DNA from: Acidimicrobiia bacterium
GTDB taxonomy: Bacteria; Acidobacteriota; Vicinamibacteria; Vicinamibacterales; UBA2999
Direction: 5' to 3'
Length of the DNA stretch: 32,918 nucleotides
Assembly (NCBI GenBank): GCA_043779345.1
Contig: JAYWEJ010000313.1
Coordinates: 1 to 32,918 of the forward strand
The notes under the pieces are model-generated. The model was not told the origin of the DNA. It searched no databases and was given only the letters and a program-made list of their open reading frames with translations. Positions 9,561-17,115 of the stretch are shown here, one piece after another; the first letter of the stretch is position 1; each line of letters starts with the position of its first letter. A program made the position numbers and the translations under genes.

Positions 9561-10392
9561 CGAGTGGCCCCACCTTCGCCAAGGCTACGGTGGGCAGGCT
9601 GCATCGACTCGATTAGTCCCGCGAGGGCCGCGCCGGGATCCGGCTCGATCATGAAGCGCTCGCCGATCAGGAACGCGCGGTAGCCGAGCGCTTTCATCGC
9701 CTGCAAATCCGCCGGTGTCTTGAGGCCGCTCTCGCTGATGCCGATCGCGGACGGGGGCAGCACGCCCGCTACTTCGCGCGACGCATCGAGATCCACCTGC
9801 AACGTGCGCAGGTTGCGATTATTGACGCCGATGATCGTCGCGCCCGCCGCGAGCGCGCGCCGGCACTCGGCGGCGTCGTGCACTTCAACCAGCGCGGCCA
9901 GCCCCAGATCGCGCGCCGCCGCGGCCAGCGCCGCCAGCGAGCAATCGTCGAGTGCGGCGACGATCAGGAGAATCGCATCGGCGCCGAGCGCGCGCGCTTC
10001 GAGCAATTGGTACTCGTCGATGATGAAGTCCTTGCGCAGCAGCGGAATCGCCACCGCCGCCCGCACGGCCGCGAGGTGCTCGAGCGAACCGTCGAAGAAG
10101 CCGGGCTCGGTCAGGACGGAGATCGCCGCGGCGCCGGCCTGCTCGTAGCCGGCGGCAATCGACACCGGGTCGTACGCCGTCCGCAGCACGCCTCTCGATG
10201 GCGAGCGCCGCTTGCATTCGGCGATCACGTTGATCGATCCGCTGCGCGACAGTCGCGCCGTGAAGCCCGCCGCGTCCGGCGTTCGCGCCATCGCGCGACG
10301 CTCGAGAGGGGCGCGCGGCTCGCGCGTCATCGCGGCGTCCACCCGGAACCTGGTGGCGGCGACGATCGCCTCGAGCAGGTCGGGGGTCGCGC

Positions 10393-10396
<4 letters not shown>
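9557..10396 (-). CDS. trpC: indole-3-glycerol phosphate synthase
   Basis: This is the C-terminal part of the artefactual 731-aa track ORF 9557..11752. The in-frame GTG at 10396 forms a GTGA overlap with the trpD stop. Motifs VIAECKRRSPSRG and GVNNRNL are present. The product is 279 aa. Confidence 0.9.
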
Positions 10397-11415
<1,019 letters not shown>

Positions 11416-11418
11416 GAT

Positions 11419-11985
11419 CTACAACTCGAGAAAGTTGCGAAGGATGCGGCGGCCTTCGCCCGTCAGCACCGACTCCGGATGAAACTGCACGCCGTGAATG
11501 GGCATCGTGCGGTGGCGCAGTCCCATGACCAGGCGGTCTTCCTTCGTCCGCGCCGTCACCTCGAGCTCCACCGGCAGCGACTGCTCGCCGACGACCAGCG
11601 AGTGATAGCGGCCGGCCTGAATGGATCCCGCCAACCCCGCGAAGAGACCCTTGCCGTTGTGCTCGACCGTCGAGGTCTTGCCGTGAATCGGCAGCGGCGC
11701 GCGCATCACTTCCCCGCCGAACGCGAGGCCGATGGCCTGGTGGCCGAGGCACACGCCAAGCAGCGGCATGCGCGGCCCGAACTCCTTGATCACCGCCAGC
11801 GACACCCCCGCCTGCTCCGGCCGCCCGGGCCCGGGCGAGATCACGACGCGCGCGTGACCGAGGGCGCGCAGCTGCGCGATGGTCGCCTCGTCGTTGCGGC
11901 GCACCACCACCGTCGCGCCCAGCTCACCGAGATACTGGACGAGGTTGTAGGTGAACGAATCGTAGTTGTCTATGACCAGGACCAT
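11419..11985 (-). CDS. trpG: anthranilate synthase component II (glutamine amidotransferase)
   Basis: 188 aa with MVLVIDNYDSFTYNL, the catalytic Cys in GVCLGHQ, and GVQFHPES. Confidence 0.94.
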   Translation of the reverse strand: MVLVIDNYDSFTYNLVQYLGELGATVVVRRNDEATIAQLRALGHARVVISPGPGRPEQAGVSLAVIKEFGPRMPLLGVCLGHQAIGLAFGGEVMRAPLPIHGKTSTVEHNGKGLFAGLAGSIQAGRYHSLVVGEQSLPVELEVTARTKEDRLVMGLRHRTMPIHGVQFHPESVLTGEGRRILRNFLEL

Positions 11986-11990
11986 CGTGG

Positions 11991-13463
11991 CTACAACCCA
12001 CCCTGCGCGAGCTCGAGCGCGCGGATCATCGCGCGCGCCTTGTCGCGCGTTTCTTCGTACTCCGCCGTCGCGTTCGAGTCGGCGACGATGCCGGCGCCGG
12101 CCTGGATGTAGGCCTTGCCGCCCTCGAGCAGGATCGACCGGATGGCAATGCAGAAGTCGAGATTGCCGGCGAAGTCGAGATAGCCGACGGCGCCCGCATA
12201 CAGCCCGCGCCGCGTCGGCTCGAGTTCGTTGATGATCTGCATCGCCCGCACCTTCGGCGCGCCGGAGACCGTGCCGGCCGGAAAGCAGGAAACCAGCGCA
12301 TCGAGCCGATCGCGGCCCTCGGCGAGCTGGCCCTCGACGACCGACACCAGGTGCATGACGTGCGAGTAGCGCTCGAGCGCCATGTAGGTCGGCACGCGGA
12401 CGGTGCCGTAATCGCAGACGCGCCCGATGTCGTTGCGGCCGAGATCGACCAGCATCACGTGCTCGGCCTTCTCCTTCTCGTTCCGCTTCAGCTCCTCACC
12501 GAGCCGGACGTCTTCTTCTTCCGACTTGCCACGCGGCCTGGTGCCGGCGATCGGGTGCGTGATGGCGTGGCGGCCTTCGACACGGACCAGCATCTCCGGC
12601 GACGATCCGACGATCGAGCGATCGCCCATCCGGAGGAAGAACATGTACGGCGAGGGATTGACGTGGCGCAGCGCGCGATACACGGTGAACGCGTCAACGC
12701 CGACTTCGGCTTCGAAGCGCTGCGACAGCACGACCTGGTAGATGTCGCCGGCGGCGATGTATTCCTTGGCCCGCTTGACGATCGACTCGTAGGCCTGCTG
12801 CGACATGTTCGAGACGAGGTTGACGGCGGCGCCGCCGGCCGGCCGCTTGAGCGACAGCGCGCGCTCGAGCTCGCTCTCGAGGAAATCGATCTTCGCGCAG
12901 GCAAACTGGTAGAGCGACTTCAGATCTTCGTCGCCGGAGATGCGGGCGTTGGCGATCAGCAGGATCCGGTGCTGCACGTGATCGAACGCCAGCACCGTGT
13001 CGAACAACATGAACCCGGCATCGTCGCGATCGATCGGCCCGTCGCCGTCGCGCTTCGTGGTCGGCTCGAACCACGCGCCGGTGTCGTAGCCGAGATACCC
13101 GACGGCGCCGCCGGTGAAACGCGGCAGCCCTGGCACGAACGGCGACTGGAAGCTGTTCATCAGGTCGCGCAGGGTGTCGATGAACGGCTTGTCGGCGTTG
13201 GTCGTTACGCCGGCCTTCTCGATGATCGTCTCGCCCTGGCGGCCGCGAAGGATCAGGAACGGATCCTTGCCGAGGAACGAGTAACGCCCGACGTGCTCGC
13301 CGCCCTCGACGCTCTCGAGGAGGAACGCGTAATCGGAGTGCTCGGCGACCTTCAGGAACGCCGAGACCGGCGTCAACAAGTCGGCCACGATCTCCCGGCA
13401 CACCGGCACGAACGTGGCCCGCTTCGCCAGGTCCACGAATTCATCGAACGTCGTCTGCTTCAC
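11991..13463 (-). CDS. trpE: anthranilate synthase component I
   Basis: The track ORF 11991..14081 is over-extended. The in-frame GTG at 13463 forms a GTGA overlap with the aroD/E stop and gives [14 protein letters not shown].... Motifs [16 protein letters not shown] and GAGIVADS are present. The product is 490 aa. Confidence 0.92.
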   Translation of the reverse strand: MKQTTFDEFVDLAKRATFVPVCREIVADLLTPVSAFLKVAEHSDYAFLLESVEGGEHVGRYSFLGKDPFLILRGRQGETIIEKAGVTTNADKPFIDTLRDLMNSFQSPFVPGLPRFTGGAVGYLGYDTGAWFEPTTKRDGDGPIDRDDAGFMLFDTVLAFDHVQHRILLIANARISGDEDLKSLYQFACAKIDFLESELERALSLKRPAGGAAVNLVSNMSQQAYESIVKRAKEYIAAGDIYQVVLSQRFEAEVGVDAFTVYRALRHVNPSPYMFFLRMGDRSIVGSSPEMLVRVEGRHAITHPIAGTRPRGKSEEEDVRLGEELKRNEKEKAEHVMLVDLGRNDIGRVCDYGTVRVPTYMALERYSHVMHLVSVVEGQLAEGRDRLDALVSCFPAGTVSGAPKVRAMQIINELEPTRRGLYAGAVGYLDFAGNLDFCIAIRSILLEGGKAYIQAGAGIVADSNATAEYEETRDKARAMIRALELAQGGL

Positions 13464-14944
13464 TGCTTGTCCTCTGCGCTGGTCGCGCTTTCTGCGGCGG
13501 TTGCCTGCAATTGCGCCATTGCCGCTTCGCGCATCACGCGAGGCGCGGGGCGGCGGCCGGTCCACCATTCGAACTGCGCCTGGGCCTGGGCGACCAGCAT
13601 GTCGAGGCCGCCGATGATCCGGCAGCGCGCGCGTTCCGCGTCGGCGAGCAGGCGTGTGTACGGCGGGTTGTAGACCAGGTCGTAAACGGTGGCGCCGCTG
13701 TGAAACAGGTAACCATCCGGCAACGGCGAGGCGTCGCCGTGTGACCTGGTGCCGACCGGCGTCGCGTTGACGAGCAGATCCCATGACGCCGGATCTGGCG
13801 GCCATTCGGAGGTCGCCGCGCCCGTCAGCGCCGCGACCGCTTGCGCCTGGTCCCTCCGGCGGGCGGCGATGGTGACCTTCACGCCGGCCGACGCGAGCGC
13901 GACGGCAACCGATCGCGCGGCGCCGCCCGCGCCAAGAATCGTCGCACGCGTGCCGGGCAGCCGCATCGCCGATGCGAGCGGAGCCAGGAAACCGGTCACG
14001 TCGGTGTTGCAGCCAAGCCACCTGCCGTGTTCGCGGCGCAGCGTGTTGACGGACTGAATACGGCGGCTCACCGGATCGCATTCGTCGGCGCGCTCGAACG
14101 CGTCGACCTTGAACGGCGCCGTGACGCTCACGCCGGCGACGGCGGCGTCGCCCGCGAACGCTTCGAAGTCCGCGAAGTCGGACGCGGCAAGCGGGAGGTA
14201 GACCGCATCGTGATGCGCGGCGCGGAACGCCGCATTGTGCATGGCCGGTGACACCGAATGGGAGACGGGCCTGCCGAGGATGCCGTAGACCGTGGTGCGA
14301 GCGCCGATGCGCCGGAACCGGAATTCATCCTGCATCCGGCTCGCCGGCAGCTGGCCCGGCGCCGCGCCGTCGCCGGCGTAGGTCCAACAGGAACCCATCC
14401 ACGACGCGAGCACGCGTGAGGCGAGGCCCGCCTCGCCCATGGCGATGAGCGACATCGGCACCCGCGTGTTCTTGCCGATGTCCCGGAGCGTCAGGCAATC
14501 GCGGAGGCGGTGCGCGGTGATCGCCAGCTTGACGACCTCGGCGCCGCTCGCCAGCATCGCCTGCGCCATCTCCTTCAAGTCATTCGGCACGCCGCTGAAA
14601 TCGTGATGCGAGAGGATCACGCGCCGGCCGCCGGTGCTTTGCATCAAGTCGACGCACGGGCCGTTCCACTCGAGATCGACGTACTCGGCGCCGAGGGCAA
14701 GCGCCTCGCTCAGAATCAGACGGCGCTCCTCTTCGCTGCCCGCGAAGTGCCCGCCCTGGGACTTTGGCCGGCAGGTGATGATGACCGGTTTCTTGCGGCC
14801 GGCGAGCGCGGCCGCGGCGCTCGGATCCTTCACCGTATCCAGCCGCAGCTCGACCATATCGGCGTCACCCGCCTGGTCGCGGCGCGTACGCAGTTCGGCC
14901 ATGGTGTCGGCCGTCACGGTCAGGCAGAGCTTGGCAGGTCGCAT
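13460..14944 (-). CDS. aroDE: bifunctional type I 3-dehydroquinate dehydratase / shikimate 5-dehydrogenase
   Basis: 494 aa. The N-terminal half has type I DHQase motifs (VELRLD, ILSHHDF, VVKLA). The C-terminal half has shikimate dehydrogenase motifs (GRPVSHSVSPAMHNAAF, NTD, GAGGAARS). An AGGAAG SD lies at 14954-14949. Confidence 0.9.
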   Translation of the reverse strand: MRPAKLCLTVTADTMAELRTRRDQAGDADMVELRLDTVKDPSAAAALAGRKKPVIITCRPKSQGGHFAGSEEERRLILSEALALGAEYVDLEWNGPCVDLMQSTGGRRVILSHHDFSGVPNDLKEMAQAMLASGAEVVKLAITAHRLRDCLTLRDIGKNTRVPMSLIAMGEAGLASRVLASWMGSCWTYAGDGAAPGQLPASRMQDEFRFRRIGARTTVYGILGRPVSHSVSPAMHNAAFRAAHHDAVYLPLAASDFADFEAFAGDAAVAGVSVTAPFKVDAFERADECDPVSRRIQSVNTLRREHGRWLGCNTDVTGFLAPLASAMRLPGTRATILGAGGAARSVAVALASAGVKVTIAARRRDQAQAVAALTGAATSEWPPDPASWDLLVNATPVGTRSHGDASPLPDGYLFHSGATVYDLVYNPPYTRLLADAERARCRIIGGLDMLVAQAQAQFEWWTGRRPAPRVMREAAMAQLQATAAESATSAEDKQ

Positions 14945-14958
14945 TCATCTTCCTGAGC

Positions 14959-14990
14959 AAAAAAAAACGCCTCTTCGTATCGAAGAGGCG
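14959..14990 (-). terminator. intrinsic terminator / attenuator hairpin upstream of aroDE
   Basis: The minus strand reads CGCCTCTTCG-ATA-CGAAGAGGCG (14990-14968), followed by T9 (14967-14959). The T run ends 14 nt before the aroDE ATG, so this lies in the leader rather than at a gene end. Confidence 0.8.
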
Positions 14991-15021
14991 CTTCGGTCGA
15001 GCGTCAGAGTGTGTGGTGGAA

Positions 15022-15141
15022 CTACACGGACCGGTTAGCCTCTCCTGTAGGGCACCAATACCACCACGAACCCACACCATTCCCCGTCCGGCCACTATAA
15101 CCGGTCGAAAACAGGGCGATGGCCACGGCTCGCGAGCGCAT
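15022..15141 (-). CDS. candidate trp leader peptide (39 aa from the ATG; 17 aa if started at GTG 15075)
   Basis: This ORF is not in the track, which shows nothing under 60 aa. The peptide is MRSRAVAIALFSTGYSGRTGNGVGSWWYWCPTGEANRSV*. The codons TGG TGG TAT TGG lie at 15066-15055 and the stop TAG at 15024-15022. It lies between a candidate promoter and the terminator. The RBS for the ATG is weak; GGGGA lies 5 nt before the GTG at 15075. Confidence 0.6.
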   Translation of the reverse strand: MRSRAVAIALFSTGYSGRTGNGVGSWWYWCPTGEANRSV

Positions 15142-15153
15142 TTGAACGTCGAA

Positions 15154-15183
15154 AGGCTAACAGACCACTTGATGCGCCGTCAA
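15154..15183 (-). promoter_or_regulatory. candidate sigma-70 promoter for the leader and aro-trp operon
   Basis: The minus strand has TTGACG (15183-15178), an 18-nt spacer, then TAGCCT (15159-15154). This would put the TSS only a few nt before the ATG at 15141. Motif match only. Confidence 0.3.
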
Positions 15184-15206
15184 ACCCCGAATGCGAGCAA
15201 GGCTCG

Positions 15207-15212
15207 TATAAT
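15207..15212 (+). promoter_or_regulatory. perfect -10 hexamer TATAAT upstream of the S55 peptidase gene
   Basis: TATAAT lies 32 nt upstream of the ATG at 15244 in an otherwise GC-rich window. No convincing -35 is present at 16-18 nt. Confidence 0.3.
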
Positions 15213-15243
15213 GGGTCTAAGTCAGCTTCTATCTGGCATTTGC

Positions 15244-17115
15244 ATGCATTTACGAACGATTTTCTCCGCAGTCCTGGCGCTCGGTGTCCTCGCCGCCGCG
15301 CCGCTTGCTCAAACGACCTACTTGCCGCTGGACCAGGTCCGGCCGGGCATGATTGGCGTCGGCCGTACGGTGTTCTCCGGCACGACGCTCGAAGACTTCA
15401 AGGTCGAAGTGCTCGGCGTGATGCGCAATGTGATCGGGCCGAAGCGCAACCTGATCCTCGCGCGCCTCGAAGGCGGACCGCTCGCCAAGACCGGCGTGAT
15501 CGCCGGCATGAGCGGCAGCCCGGTTTACGTCGACGGCAGGTTGATGGGCGCGGTCTCGTACTCGCTCGGCCAGTTCTCCACCGAACCGATCGCGGGCATC
15601 ACGCCGATCGACGAGATGATCGACGCGACGATGCTGTCGGGAGCGGCGCGCGTCACGCGTCCGGTCGCGCTGTCGCTGCAGCCGACACCGCGCGAACTGC
15701 TCGATATCTGGGCGCGTGATCTCGGCCGATCGAGACCCTTCGTCGAGGATGCGTCGCAGGCGCTGGTGCTGTCCGGCGCATCGGACCTGAGCCGCATGGG
15801 CGCGATGCTGCGGCCGATCGCGGTGCCGATGATCGCGTCGGGGTTCGACGCGGCGGTGTTCGATTCAATTTCGTCGTCTTTTTCCGCCGCGGGCTTCGTG
15901 GCTCTTTCTTCTGGGCTATCCTCCGGGCCGGCTTCCGGGCCGGCGGGTCCGCAATCGCCAGGCGCCGGCATGTCGGCCGCCAACACCCGTCCGCTCCAGC
16001 CCGGTGATGCGGTCGGCGTTGGACTGCTGACCGGGGATTTCGAGCTCGGCGCGACCGGCACCGTGACGCACGTCGATGGCGATCGCGTCTATGCGTTCGG
16101 CCATCCGCTTTACAACCTGGGCCCGACGCAGTTTCCGATGACGCGCGCGGTGGTGCAGGTCGTCCTGCCCAGCCTGATGTCGTCGAGCAAGCTGGCGAGC
16201 TTCGGCGAGGTCGTCGGCATCGTGCAGCAGGATCGCGCCACTGCCATCGCCGGCCGCCTCGGGCCGGGGCCGTCGATGATTCCCGTGACGATCACGCTGA
16301 ACTCGGATCGCGCGCCGTCGCGCACCTTCAATTTCGGCGTGGTGCGTGACTTCACGTTCACTCCGCTCCTCACCTATCTCTCCGTCGCCAACGTCCTGAC
16401 CTCGTACGAGCGCGGCGCCGGCCCGGCGTCCTTTGCGATCCGCGGCAGCGCCTCGATTCGATCCGAAGGCGAGCTGTCGTTCGAAGACATTTTCAGCGGC
16501 GATCAACCTGCGGGCGGCGCGGCCGCCTACGTCGCCGGTCCGTTGACGGCGCTGCTGAAGAACTCCGGCGAGAACGTCGAGGTCGAAAAGATCGAGCTGA
16601 CCATCGACGCCAGCGAGCAGCCGCGCAGCGCGCGCATCGAGCGCGTCTGGCTCGACACGACGCGGCCACGCTCGGGGCAGCACGCCATCGTCAACGTCGC
16701 GCTGCGATCGGCGCGCGGCCAGGAGATCGTGCGCCAGGTGCCGATCCAGATTCCGGCGAACCTGACCGGGGCGCTGCAGCTCACCGTGGCCGACGCCGTT
16801 CGCACCACCGCCGACGATCGCCGCGACAGCCGCGGCGCCGACATGCAGCGCGTCTCGCAGATGATGCGGTCCTTCAACCGCGCCCGCCGCAACAATCGCC
16901 TCTACGTTCGCCTGACGTCGTCCGATGCCGGCGCGATCGTCAACGGCGAGCCGATGGCCGGCCTGCCGCCGTCGGTCCTCGCGGTGATGGAAGCCGATCG
17001 CAACAGCGGCACCGTCGGATCGCTCCGCACGATGACGCGCGGCGAATGGGAGCTGGCGCTCGATTTCGCGGTGACCGGATCCCGTCAGCTGACCCTTTCC
17101 CTCGATCAACCCTGA
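15244..17115 (+). CDS. secreted SpoIVB-like serine peptidase (S55 family domain) with a long C-terminal region
   Basis: The in-frame ATG at 15244 within track ORF 15013..17115 gives the signal peptide MHLRTIFSAVLALGVLAAAPLAQ. GVIAGMSGSPVYVDGRLMGAVSY (GMSGSP at 15505-15522) closely resembles the SpoIVB catalytic Ser segment. GTVTHVDGDRVYAFGHPL (His codon at 16102-16104) resembles the SpoIVB His segment. The product is 623 aa. Confidence 0.75.
   Translation: MHLRTIFSAVLALGVLAAAPLAQTTYLPLDQVRPGMIGVGRTVFSGTTLEDFKVEVLGVMRNVIGPKRNLILARLEGGPLAKTGVIAGMSGSPVYVDGRLMGAVSYSLGQFSTEPIAGITPIDEMIDATMLSGAARVTRPVALSLQPTPRELLDIWARDLGRSRPFVEDASQALVLSGASDLSRMGAMLRPIAVPMIASGFDAAVFDSISSSFSAAGFVALSSGLSSGPASGPAGPQSPGAGMSAANTRPLQPGDAVGVGLLTGDFELGATGTVTHVDGDRVYAFGHPLYNLGPTQFPMTRAVVQVVLPSLMSSSKLASFGEVVGIVQQDRATAIAGRLGPGPSMIPVTITLNSDRAPSRTFNFGVVRDFTFTPLLTYLSVANVLTSYERGAGPASFAIRGSASIRSEGELSFEDIFSGDQPAGGAAAYVAGPLTALLKNSGENVEVEKIELTIDASEQPRSARIERVWLDTTRPRSGQHAIVNVALRSARGQEIVRQVPIQIPANLTGALQLTVADAVRTTADDRRDSRGADMQRVSQMMRSFNRARRNNRLYVRLTSSDAGAIVNGEPMAGLPPSVLAVMEADRNSGTVGSLRTMTRGEWELALDFAVTGSRQLTLSLDQP

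Noticed and set aside
14865-15095. The 76-aa minus-strand ORF (MAGRGMVWVRGG...) listed in the track.
   Set aside because: It runs straight through the terminator hairpin and U-tract and overlaps the aroDE start out of frame. It has no coding signature. The WWYW frame is the more meaningful reading of this region.
14945-15243. A T-box or other riboswitch-type leader (GGUGGUA-like string near 15063), or a structured sRNA in the aroDE upstream gap.
   Set aside because: I could not find the T-box consensus (…GGGUGGNACCGCG), an AG bulge, a GA/K-turn motif or a specifier-loop context. The GGUGG string is fully explained by tandem Trp codons of a short ORF. An Rfam scan would still be decisive.
15234-15244. 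A sigma-54-like TGGCAT..TTGCA string just before the S55 gene ATG. A weaker TGGCGC-N7-GGCT lies at 26443-26458 upstream of aroC.
   Set aside because: In the first, the GG-to-GC spacing is about 5 nt too short and the string abuts the start codon. The second lacks the TTGC core and is expected by chance in GC-rich DNA.
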